This document shows, piece after piece, positions 30,468-39,337 of a stretch of DNA of 64,000 nucleotides (positions are counted from its first letter, which is position 1; every line of letters starts with the position of its first letter). The DNA is from an uncultured candidate division Zixibacteria bacterium (lineage in GTDB: Bacteria; Zixibacteria; MSB-5A5; GN15; PGXB01): positions 3,808,001-3,872,000 of the forward strand of contig OY969724.1 in the NCBI GenBank assembly GCA_963702205.1. Direction: 5' to 3'. The position numbers were made by a program, and so were the translations under genes. The notes under the pieces are model-generated. The model was not told where the DNA came from. It did not search any database and saw only the letters and a list, made by a program, of their open reading frames with translations.

Positions 30468-30531
30468 CCCTGTGAAAAGCCTAATAGAAGATTAGGAACA
30501 CAGGTAGTTTCCTCATTACCACGTTTGACAC

Positions 30532-30592
30532 ATACATCAGTGCCTTAAATCATCTTACAATGTCCGACAATATACATCAGTGCCTTAAATCA
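30532..30592 (+). repeat. 21-bp direct repeat, two copies, period 40
   Basis: ATACATCAGTGCCTTAAATCA at 30532-52 and 30572-92. Confidence 0.85.
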
Positions 30593-30624
30593 CATCTCAC
30601 ACCCTAAAAGTATGTGTTACCGGG

Positions 30625-31200
30625 TTAATCCCCATCCAAAAAATCGATGAAACGATTTTTCCCGTGCCTCTTACCCTTTAACTCGACTTTTTCAATATCG
30701 TTATTATTGGCAATATCGTTTTTATATCCCCCAAATTGCAATTCAACATCGACAACGTCAGGTAAGAAACCCTGCGTCTTAAATGGTCCATAAAATAAAT
30801 GCCTATTTATTTGTCCATTATAAACATCATACCTGTCTTCAAGCAAAGTATCTCGAAACTTTGGCACGACATGGAATGAAGAATCACCGATTATTCGAAA
30901 TGAAATTGATGCAATGCTTGGCAAATCGGTGGAGCCTGCCCGAATTGAATCCAATTCCTGCACGACTATTAATGCGAATAAGGCATCGGTAGTTTGGTTA
31001 AATTTCTTGGAAAAGGCGGGATATACGTATCCCGCAGAATCGGATCCATATTCATAACAATATAGCTTGAAATCATTTTTAATGCCATTTATCTTGGCGG
31101 ATTCAGGGATAACATCATACCAATAATATCTGGGGCTGCATGCGCATATAACAGATAATATAATACCAAGAGTGAGCATTAATATCACATTTTTATTCAC
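30625..31200 (-). CDS. Hypothetical lipoprotein (possible immunity protein), AT-rich
   Basis: GGAG RBS + GTG; short hydrophobic signal ending VICAC; no recognised domain. Confidence 0.65.
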   Translation of the reverse strand: MNKNVILMLTLGIILSVICACSPRYYWYDVIPESAKINGIKNDFKLYCYEYGSDSAGYVYPAFSKKFNQTTDALFALIVVQELDSIRAGSTDLPSIASISFRIIGDSSFHVVPKFRDTLLEDRYDVYNGQINRHLFYGPFKTQGFLPDVVDVELQFGGYKNDIANNNDIEKVELKGKRHGKNRFIDFLDGD

Positions 31201-31250
31201 TTATTCTCCGACATATTTACTTTGGCCTTTTATGCATAACACATAACTGA

Positions 31251-31542
31251 TCAATATTTATACCTGTTGCCGTTATAAATATAATATGAACGATAATAAT
31301 AGTAAGGTACGCGAGGGTAATCGCCGTGGTTTGACCATATTATATTCGGACCGGCGTCGAAAATCAAATGATGAATTTCGGTCCAAGGATTTTCCAAGCT
31401 GCCTCCGAATAAATCGATATGTGCTCTTATTGTTATACCATCTTCAACATAAGCAGGATCAAAAAAATCGACATGTAATGATCCTTCTCCTTCCGGTAGC
31501 CAATATCTTATATTTGTTTCAGAATGGTCAAGATTAGTCTTA
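31251..31542 (-). pseudogene. 5'-truncated gene fragment (possible polymorphic-toxin C-terminus)
   Basis: Open frame KTNLDHSETNIRYWLPEG...AHIDLFGG...HHLIFD...YKY*; its only ATGs lie inside the adjacent repeat. Confidence 0.45.
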
Positions 31543-31633
31543 GTAGGTCGAAACCCTTGCGGTTTCGACATCTTAATTGCATCACTCATACGAATTTATA
31601 AAACCCGCCATAGAATGTCGGGCTAGCCCGGCC
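31543..31633 (+). repeat. About 90-bp REPIN-like unit, copy 2
   Basis: Direct repeat of 30380-30467. Confidence 0.85.
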
Positions 31634-31659
31634 AAGCCGAAAATATTGTAACACGGGCC

Positions 31660-34182
31660 TTATTCCAACAAATATACAGATTTAATAATCACAAGAACGT
31701 CGAGGAGATTAATTTCGCCATCGCCATTCAAATCGCCCAGGGCTTTTTCGGGAATTGGATCCGGACTATCAAAATAGACATTGTCGAGCAGATACAGAAT
31801 ATCAATCAAATTCACATTATCATCCGCATTGACATCACCTTTTTTATGACCGATGAAATAAATCCACCCTTTTGAAATAAATGGAATTCCGGTATTGGAG
31901 TATCCTGAAATCTGGAAGGTCTTTTTGCCATTGCCCCACACCGCTCCATAGCTTTGAGTAAATTCCACCCGACTTACATCGATTTTATAGACGCTATTAT
32001 AATACTCCGGATGGCTTGAGGCGGAGACAGATATTGGCAATACGGTTCCATTAATGGCAATGGTTGAAAGATTAACGTCCTCATGATACAAATCATACCG
32101 GATGTTTCCTCCCCAATAAATAGAAACAACTGTGTCAGGGTAGGTATAGGCATAAATGGCACGAAGCGTATCGGGCTGAGCATCAATTAAATAGTATGGA
32201 ATAGCCCCGACGTCATTCCTTGTCCCGTCGGGGTCGTTATATTCTGTGTCCGGCGAGCCGGCATCGATCAACGGGGAGCCATATTTTAGGGCAAAATCAT
32301 CATTGAGAGTATCCCTGAACATTGGTTCGACCGAAAAATCCGTCTCCCCGGGTTCAACATATGAATAGTCAAAATCATTGTTCCATACGTTGTTATAATA
32401 CAAATCAAAGTACGCAAATACTCCTCGAAAGCAACTGGAAATGGTATTATTTGTGGCGATCGGTGACCCTATAGAAGCCAAGTCGGAAATCGTTGAAGTA
32501 TATTGAAAAGTGTTATTCAGTATTCTTGTTTCTGAATCAGGATCAAGCATTCTTATACACGCATATCCGCTGTTATAATGAAATACGTTTCTGGTAATAA
32601 ACGGAGTAGCACCGTGATCCACTGTAATGACATACTTTCCACTTGAGCCAATTAAATTATCGAAAAAATAATTATTCTTTATCGTAGGGACAGCCCCGGA
32701 ATCGATAACTATAGCCACCGTCGACATATATGCATGCGCAATTGTAAAGCCCGATAATTCCGCCAATGGACCCTCGTGTTTGTTGAAAGTTATAAACGTC
32801 GTATCGCTAAATTCAGGTGTTAATATTGTAGAATCCGGTCCCCACCAGCCAATGACCTTTATCTCTTTTCCAAGATAATCCAGATTTTCAATATAAGTTC
32901 CGGGCATTACCAAAATCGAATCGCCTCTTACAGAATATTCAATGGCATCCTGAATTTTAGACTTTTCGACCGGCACTATAATGTCGGCATCATCGCGGTA
33001 ATAGAACCAATTTTCCTGCCAGTCACCCCAATTTATGCCATTATTTACTCGCACTCGGACAAAGTATTTATAATGATCATCTAATGTTGTACCGCCGTAT
33101 GTAATTTCGGTGTCTGAAGAATATACCGGTCCCGGATCCCACATTTCAGCGGTTGACCAATCGTCGTCACTTCCAACCTGGATCTGATATTGAGTCTGGT
33201 ATAAACCTGATGTATCGTGAAATGTCCAATAGAATTCCGGCGGCTGGCCGGTTATGATCTGTTCGAATTGCAGGTCCCCGTAATTCAATAAATAGGCAAA
33301 AGGCAGTTCCCTATAATAAAACAGAGCCCCGATATCATTTCTGGTCCCATCGGGATCGTTATATTGTGGGTCAGGATTCCCGGCATCGATACACGGAGAA
33401 TACGGCAACAAATTGTAAGTATTGGCATCCACCATAGGATCAGTAATAGTATCGTGCGCACCGGCGGACGCATAATTCGTATAATTATACTGATTATTCC
33501 AGAATATATTATAGTCGATTGTCTCGACCATGCCGGAAATTCCATAAGTCAGTGAATTCATAAAAATATTATTTAGTATGGTCCCGCCGTAATTAAAGAC
33601 CGATATCAATGAATTAATACATGAAATATTATTATCGAAGGTATTATTGAGAATTTTGGCGTTGGCTGCACTGCTCGATATGGTGATACACGGTCCCCCG
33701 AGATTATCGGAAAAAATGTTATTTCTTATTACAGCGTCAGTATTCCCACAATAAATTATTCCTCCCGTCGGCATTTCGGCTTTCACGCTGGGGACAAGTT
33801 TATTGAACTCTATAGTGGGAGAAGCCCCATTGCCAATCACTATAGTATATTGTGAATAGCCGCCCAGGATTTTGAAGCCCTGAACTATTGTGCCGGGTCC
33901 TTCGCCGTTTGCAATATATATCGTATTGTAATTGCCGTTGGCAGGAATTAATATAGTAGATGAATATCCACCTGAGCTTAACAAGACGATTTCTTTGCCC
34001 AAAAGGTCTAAATTCTCTATGTATGTTCCGGGAGCAACCAGGACCGTATCCAAATCATAAGCGGAATTTATGCCATCCTGAATAGTTGGCTGATCGGCAG
34101 GGATATTGATTGTTGCCGAATGCAGGCAGACCGGTAAGAAAATAGACATTGCTATAATGATTTTAAAAGCCTTGGATTTCAT
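31660..34182 (-). CDS. Secreted right-handed parallel beta-helix repeat protein (two modules) with dockerin
   Basis: Signal peptide; duplicated TIQDGI/KIQDAI...PGTYIENLD...IDAG.PD..YNDPDGTRND modules; dockerin GDVNADDNVNLID. Confidence 0.82.
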   Translation of the reverse strand: MKSKAFKIIIAMSIFLPVCLHSATINIPADQPTIQDGINSAYDLDTVLVAPGTYIENLDLLGKEIVLLSSGGYSSTILIPANGNYNTIYIANGEGPGTIVQGFKILGGYSQYTIVIGNGASPTIEFNKLVPSVKAEMPTGGIIYCGNTDAVIRNNIFSDNLGGPCITISSSAANAKILNNTFDNNISCINSLISVFNYGGTILNNIFMNSLTYGISGMVETIDYNIFWNNQYNYTNYASAGAHDTITDPMVDANTYNLLPYSPCIDAGNPDPQYNDPDGTRNDIGALFYYRELPFAYLLNYGDLQFEQIITGQPPEFYWTFHDTSGLYQTQYQIQVGSDDDWSTAEMWDPGPVYSSDTEITYGGTTLDDHYKYFVRVRVNNGINWGDWQENWFYYRDDADIIVPVEKSKIQDAIEYSVRGDSILVMPGTYIENLDYLGKEIKVIGWWGPDSTILTPEFSDTTFITFNKHEGPLAELSGFTIAHAYMSTVAIVIDSGAVPTIKNNYFFDNLIGSSGKYVITVDHGATPFITRNVFHYNSGYACIRMLDPDSETRILNNTFQYTSTISDLASIGSPIATNNTISSCFRGVFAYFDLYYNNVWNNDFDYSYVEPGETDFSVEPMFRDTLNDDFALKYGSPLIDAGSPDTEYNDPDGTRNDVGAIPYYLIDAQPDTLRAIYAYTYPDTVVSIYWGGNIRYDLYHEDVNLSTIAINGTVLPISVSASSHPEYYNSVYKIDVSRVEFTQSYGAVWGNGKKTFQISGYSNTGIPFISKGWIYFIGHKKGDVNADDNVNLIDILYLLDNVYFDSPDPIPEKALGDLNGDGEINLLDVLVIIKSVYLLE

Positions 34183-34234
34183 GACGCCCTCCGATCATAA
34201 TATGGTCTGTCTTAGCAGTAATTTTGATTAATAA

Positions 34235-34262
34235 AATATAGCTCAATTTCCTTTATTGTCAA
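34235..34262 (-). promoter_or_regulatory. Sigma70-like promoter TTGACA-N16-TATATT
   Basis: Minus-strand consensus about 50 bp upstream of the ATG at 34182. Confidence 0.55.
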
Positions 34263-34365
34263 GAATACAGATGCTTGCATTCTTCCTAAATTGATCCCCT
34301 TATCGCAGGCAATGAGTTACAATCATTTCTGATGCAATATCTTTATCACACGACTTCTTTGCTTT

Positions 34366-34466
34366 GTAGGCCCGCCATATAGTGGCTGGGTCGCCCACAG
34401 CTTGCTGTGGGATTCTCCGAATTAATTTTCAACCCCCGACATAGAATATTGGGCCACCCCGCCTAC
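34366..34466. repeat. REPIN-like element bounded by GTAGG...CCTAC
   Basis: Contains the CCCACAGC-TT-GCTGTGGG hairpin and CCCGACATAGAAT, shared with the 90-bp units. Confidence 0.75.
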
Positions 34467-34729
34467 ATAACTCCCAGGAGATTTAATATTTTCTCCCATT
34501 CAGAATCACTGCAATGATGATATAAATCTCCATGAGGTATATTTAGCTTAATCGTTTTATCTGATTTACTTAATGCTACACCAAAATTAAGGCCTGTTTC
34601 TCCAAGCAAATCCAGTATCATGTCTAAAGATGCGTCCATTCCATATCCATCATGTTTCTTTCGCCATGCAATAGGATGACCACAATATGGTTTGATTTTT
34701 TTACTGAATATCACCTTTCCTCCATATTC
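34463..34729 (-). pseudogene. AT-rich gene fragment between repeats
   Basis: Open frame EYGGKVIFSKK...EWEKILNLLGVM; the stop TAG is supplied by the repeat end and the 5' side runs into the 37-bp repeat. Confidence 0.4.
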
Positions 34730-34878
34730 GGCTGGGTCGCCCACAGCTTGCTGTGGGATTCTCCGATTTATATACTCATGTTCATAATTCATATTGATCC
34801 ATCTGCAATGGGATTTCACGTTTACCGTGATACCAATTGTAACTTGGTCCGGGTGGCCCACCCTTTAGGGTGGGTTTC
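34730..34878. repeat. 37-bp exact direct repeat of 34384-34420 plus a related hairpin
   Basis: GGCTGGGTCGCCCACAGCTTGCTGTGGGATTCTCCGA at 34730-66; GGGTGGCCCACCCT-TT-AGGGTGGG near 34851-74. Confidence 0.85.
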
Positions 34879-35300
34879 CTGAACACAACATCATCTATTA
34901 GTAAATACTTTCTGCTTTGATTACCGCACAATCCCGCGAACCCCCGATTTTGTCGATTTTGATCCTTAAATATATATACATATTTTCATCAAAATAACCA
35001 ACCCCAAAATCCCACCTAAATCGAAGGCAAATCTGCCAGTCTCTCTATATTGGAGGCTACAATTATGTGTGATAAAGCCAAAAATTTAATTATCCCAAAT
35101 TACCCAGTTGTAATGTGCGTGGCAGATGTCCTCAGACCTTCTGATCTTTTGAATGATCTGCCCGAGCGCTTGAATAATCCGAACTGTTATGAAAAAAAAT
35201 AAAAAAAACGAAATTCGAACCCATTTTGCCATAACCTCAACGACCAATGCATGTTACAAGGATTTATGGATTGAGTTATCTACTATTGCAAACGCCAAAT

Positions 35301-35331
35301 AAAAACCCCGGTCGATCGTGCAACCGGGGTT
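35301..35331 (-). terminator. Intrinsic terminator of the C10 gene
   Basis: AACCCCGGT...ACCGGGGTT with an A-tract on the plus strand. Confidence 0.65.
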
Positions 35332-35360
35332 GGTATTTGTCTATGACTAAAATGTCTGCA

Positions 35361-37466
35361 CTAATGCAGCAGACAGTCGAGACTGCTCGGCTTGTTGTAG
35401 ATATAATCGATCAGACTCAATATATCGAGCAGGTTTATCGAGCCGTCCATATTGACATCGCCCGCCTCGAACGGAGTCGGATCGCTGCCGCCGTCGTACA
35501 CGGCGTTGATAAGGTACAAAATGTCGAGCAGGTTGCATTCATCATCGTCGTTGGCGTCGCCGCAAATCAGATCGGTCTTGACAAGCCCGTCGGTGGCGGA
35601 AACCCCGTAGGAATAAATCGTACTGTATATATCGCCGTAGAAAGTCGGCATGTACGTACTATATCCGTCGACCAGAATATCCGAGCGCGCACCCTCGGCG
35701 ACACTATCCGGCACCGTGAAAAACACCTTCAAGACAAGACCCGATCCAGGAGCGACATCCTCGGTCCAGGAAGCGGCGTTCTGGCGCGCCTGCAGGGAGA
35801 CGGTGACGCGGCTGTTATATGTGTCCGAATGCTTGAGCGTCTGTTTTTCGAAACCGGCGGTGCGACACCCGGCGGTCGAGAACGAATCGTAAACCAGCAA
35901 AGCATCACCGCCATATTCAATCGGGATCACAACTTGCGACAGCGGCTCGGAATTATGCGCCGAAATATCGACTTCCACCGTCTGCCCCGGATCGGTTTTG
36001 CTGGTCCCGACCATAAGGGAATCTTTTATGGCATATATGAAGGACGTTCTTGTCTTCGTCCGGCTGCCCTGATCGTGGTTGATGCTCAGGGTGACGTCGA
36101 AGCACCCGGCTTTGTTGTACGTGTGTGCCGGGCTTTGCTCGGTCGACGTCGTGCCGTCTCCGAAATCCCACTGCCACGACGAAACATTGCGGTCGGACAT
36201 ACCGGTAAACTGGATGTCGAGCGGCACGTGGCCCGAAATGGTATCGGCATAAAACATAATTTCTTTGTCGGGAATAATATGGTTGTACATGCGCTCGATC
36301 ATGAAAGTGCAGCCGTCCCACGGGCAGTACAGATTATCCATGGCGTACCAGGTGGTCTGTTGTCCACCCCAGCCATAGTTGAAATGATAATACGACAAAT
36401 CCTCGGCCGTCTGCCAGCCGTCGGCAACAATACAATGGCTGTAGATCGTGTACAGCACGGGCAGCCCCTGATCGATATCGGCTTTCAACGTATCGAACCA
36501 CTGGAAAGCTATGAAGTCGGAGCGGATGTATTCCTGTATGATATTTTGATAGCCGTAATAGCTGGCATAAATTCCCCGACTGCCGCTCGTATATGCGCCC
36601 GAACCGCAGCGACCATACATCATGCTGAAAGCGACTCCCATCTCCTCGCTGATCTCGGCCAGGTTATGCACCGACCAGGTATAATCATACGTATCCGAAA
36701 AATTGGCGGCCAGCATCATCGGCGGCGTCGCGCCGTTGCAGGAATTATCGCCATCCCAAAGATATTTTTTCCCGCTGAATCCGGCCGGGGGCCATTGATG
36801 GTACCATTGAATCTGGGCCGCGGCGGTTGCCACACAGCCCACGACGCACCGACCGCCGTCGCCCATCGGGCAATATGTATTGTATGGCCCGCTCTGGTGC
36901 CAGGCCGTTTCCAATAGCGGCCCGACCGATGTAATTGCTGCGGCGTCGGCCTTTTCGGCAAGGGTCGTCTTGAATTCATTGGGGCTGATGTCGAATTCAT
37001 CCCAGGCGTGACGATTTTTCGGGTCGAACATGTTTTCCGATTTGCTGGACTGGTCGGCGTCGAGGCTGCCGTAATAACTTGCGTAATTTTCCATACGGTT
37101 GGCAAGCACGTCTTTCAAAAGCGCCCCGATTCCTTCCGGGGCATCCAGATCGAGATTGCATTTCATGGAATAGGCTTTGATCGGCGGGAGTTCCTTCAGC
37201 GACGGCACGACCACGAAACCGATCGGGTCGATCGAGTAACAGCGTCCCAGAAATTGCCCGTCGCGGGAAATATCGGTCACGGCCGTCACCTGCGGAGCGG
37301 CGGATTTATCCCACGCTCCCTCGTAAAACACATAGTAGTCCAGCCAGTTGTTGCAGACGTTATCCATTTCCTGGACGGTGGCGCGTTCGGCCCTGAGTGA
37401 CGTGCCCAGGAAAAGAAGAGCGGTGATTGCCAATACACATACCGACATTATCCTTAATTTTCTCAT
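35361..37466 (-). CDS. C10 cysteine peptidase + PKD + cohesin-like + dockerin (paralog of 25030-27147)
   Basis: [37 protein letters not shown]; dockerin [13 protein letters not shown]. Confidence 0.88.
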   Translation of the reverse strand: MRKLRIMSVCVLAITALLFLGTSLRAERATVQEMDNVCNNWLDYYVFYEGAWDKSAAPQVTAVTDISRDGQFLGRCYSIDPIGFVVVPSLKELPPIKAYSMKCNLDLDAPEGIGALLKDVLANRMENYASYYGSLDADQSSKSENMFDPKNRHAWDEFDISPNEFKTTLAEKADAAAITSVGPLLETAWHQSGPYNTYCPMGDGGRCVVGCVATAAAQIQWYHQWPPAGFSGKKYLWDGDNSCNGATPPMMLAANFSDTYDYTWSVHNLAEISEEMGVAFSMMYGRCGSGAYTSGSRGIYASYYGYQNIIQEYIRSDFIAFQWFDTLKADIDQGLPVLYTIYSHCIVADGWQTAEDLSYYHFNYGWGGQQTTWYAMDNLYCPWDGCTFMIERMYNHIIPDKEIMFYADTISGHVPLDIQFTGMSDRNVSSWQWDFGDGTTSTEQSPAHTYNKAGCFDVTLSINHDQGSRTKTRTSFIYAIKDSLMVGTSKTDPGQTVEVDISAHNSEPLSQVVIPIEYGGDALLVYDSFSTAGCRTAGFEKQTLKHSDTYNSRVTVSLQARQNAASWTEDVAPGSGLVLKVFFTVPDSVAEGARSDILVDGYSTYMPTFYGDIYSTIYSYGVSATDGLVKTDLICGDANDDDECNLLDILYLINAVYDGGSDPTPFEAGDVNMDGSINLLDILSLIDYIYNKPSSLDCLLH

Positions 37467-37604
37467 CTCAGCCTTTCCCCGATTAATTTATTTACTGCTG
37501 CCAACAGTGAGGTGTATGCGCTACGGTCATATTGGTGGCCCGTCCATGATCACGGCTGGCGGCCCGGTCGTGACGGTTTATTTTTCTGTCGTTCAATCTT
37601 TTAT

Positions 37605-37632
37605 AATTTACGACAGAATCGAATTTTGTCAA
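37605..37632 (-). promoter_or_regulatory. Sigma70-like promoter TTGACA-N16-TAAATT
   Basis: Minus-strand consensus upstream of the C10 gene. Confidence 0.5.
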
Positions 37633-37680
37633 CAAAATCCCTGATAAATTATATAAAACCAGTCCATATTTGAAACGGTC

Positions 37681-37713
37681 AAAAAAAGCCGCCGATAATA
37701 AAATCGACGGCTT
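37681..37713 (-). terminator. Intrinsic terminator
   Basis: AAGCCGCCGAT...ATCGACGGCTT with A7 on the plus strand, after the stop at 37733. Confidence 0.65.
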
Positions 37714-37732
37714 CTGCGGAATTTTACCGCGA

Positions 37733-38302
37733 TTATTTGGCCATATCGGCCAGTTTCTTATAATCGACCAGCTTAAGCAGGTTGGAAAGATCGTCCTGAG
37801 AAACATTATCGTCGCCTTCGGCGGTCACCAGAACTCTTTTCGAAACCAGAGAAATAACCTGAACTCCGGTAACCTTATTGTCATCCTTGGTATAAATCAG
37901 CTTCGACGGAAATCCCTGGACCTCGGTCGACTTGACCGATCCCTCGGGCGAATCGTATTCCATCTGCATCATGAACGGCGTCATCAGAAACTGATTAAAA
38001 CCGGTATCCAGAATGTGCAGGTTGATGACTTTTTTGTCCTTGGTGGTGTAGGAGCGTGAGGCCGATGAATAACTGAACATATTTTGCGGGTTGGTCGGAT
38101 CGGCCATGGACATGGTGCCGCCGTCGAGTTTGCTTACTTCCATCCCTTCCACTTTTTCCGGCAGCAGTTTGGCCAGGTCGTTCCAGTCGATTGCCTTAAC
38201 CGCCTGCAGCTCTTTGGACAGGTCTTTTTGTTCATCTGTCGCGTAGACGGCCCCGGCTAAAAAGATTAAAAGCACCGCGAACAGGCTGATAGTCCTGAAC
38301 AT
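37733..38302 (-). CDS. Hypothetical secreted protein
   Basis: AAGGAAG RBS, signal peptide ending VYA, 189 aa. Confidence 0.75.
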   Translation of the reverse strand: MFRTISLFAVLLIFLAGAVYATDEQKDLSKELQAVKAIDWNDLAKLLPEKVEGMEVSKLDGGTMSMADPTNPQNMFSYSSASRSYTTKDKKVINLHILDTGFNQFLMTPFMMQMEYDSPEGSVKSTEVQGFPSKLIYTKDDNKVTGVQVISLVSKRVLVTAEGDDNVSQDDLSNLLKLVDYKKLADMAK

Positions 38303-38397
38303 TTGATCTTCCTTTGTTAAATGTTAATCCTATTACGTTAAAAAGCTAAAAAGGATAATGGTCTGTGGCAACAAAAATATGCCTGTTTTGGAGTCCG

Positions 38398-39177
38398 TCA
38401 GACCAGTCTGCGGACATAATTTTCGAGACCGAGAAGCATCAGGGCCGAGATAATTATGACGGCGATTAGAATATAGCGCACGAACGGCGCTCCTTTTTGA
38501 ATCGCCATGCGGGCCGCGACCCAGGCGCCGAGCATATTGCCGACGGCCAACACGAGGCCCATTACCCAGTTGACCTGATCGTTGAGGATAAAGACGACCA
38601 GCGCGAAAGTGGTGAAACAAAGGACCACGAAATTCTTGAAAGCGTTCGCCCGTACCAGTTCATACCCGGCGCTTAGGACCAGGCCCGCCAAAAGAAATAT
38701 CCCGACTCCGGCCTGAATAAATCCGCCATATATGCCAATGCCGAAAAATGTCAGCATCTGCAGCCAGCCCGGACGCCTGTCGAGCGCGTCGGTTCGGCCT
38801 TGCAGCCAGCGCCGGGGCTTGACGATTACAACCGCGAGCATGATGACCATAAGAAAGCCGATAATTTTGCGCATGACAAGCTCATTGAGATCGGCCGCAA
38901 TCTGGGCCCCGATAATCGCTCCCAGAACAGCCGGAAGGGTCAAATAGGCGACCCGGCGCAGGTCGAGTTTATTTTCTTTTTTGAATTTCCCGACCGCCAC
39001 CGAACATTGCAGCAGAACCGCCACGCGGTTGGTGCCGTTGGCGACGGTAGCCGGAAGGCCCGCGAAAATAAGCATCGGCAGGGTAATCAGCGAACCGCTC
39101 CCGGCCAGGGTATTGATAAACCCGGCCAGAAAGCCGGCGGCGATTACGAGCGGATATATATACCATTCCAAATTCAT
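38398..39177 (-). CDS. Sulfite exporter TauE/SafE family protein
   Basis: AGFINTLAGSGSLITLP, ANGTNR, GIYGGFIQAGVG; multiple TM helices. Confidence 0.88.
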   Translation of the reverse strand: MNLEWYIYPLVIAAGFLAGFINTLAGSGSLITLPMLIFAGLPATVANGTNRVAVLLQCSVAVGKFKKENKLDLRRVAYLTLPAVLGAIIGAQIAADLNELVMRKIIGFLMVIMLAVVIVKPRRWLQGRTDALDRRPGWLQMLTFFGIGIYGGFIQAGVGIFLLAGLVLSAGYELVRANAFKNFVVLCFTTFALVVFILNDQVNWVMGLVLAVGNMLGAWVAARMAIQKGAPFVRYILIAVIIISALMLLGLENYVRRLV

Positions 39178-39337
39178 GACATTCCCAAAAACGGCCCTAA
39201 GTATAAGCACAGAATCGGCCGTGTCAATCGTTATAAAATCCAATCATAAAATTACAACTTGCCAAAAATGTTCCACAATCGTTAATTCAGGTCCAAGGCT
39301 AACAAGGAAAAAACACGATGCATTTGAAAATCAATCT

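Noticed and set aside
30380..31633. CRISPR array
   Set aside because: Units are ~90 bp with kb-scale or irregular spacing; the 21-bp repeat has only two copies; no cas genes.
35211..35230. tRNA fragment suggested by TTCGAAC
   Set aside because: No cloverleaf or acceptor stem; better explained by the dispersed CGAACCCATTT motif.
35247..36917. 556-aa plus-strand ORF (and similar ones at 1405-2520 and 15269-16294)
   Set aside because: Antisense shadows of well-supported genes, with no motifs; expected from GC-biased codon usage.
38981..39337. N-terminal extension of the LTA-synthase-like ORF
   Set aside because: Overlaps the divergent TauE gene in antisense; the membrane protein plausibly starts at 39338.
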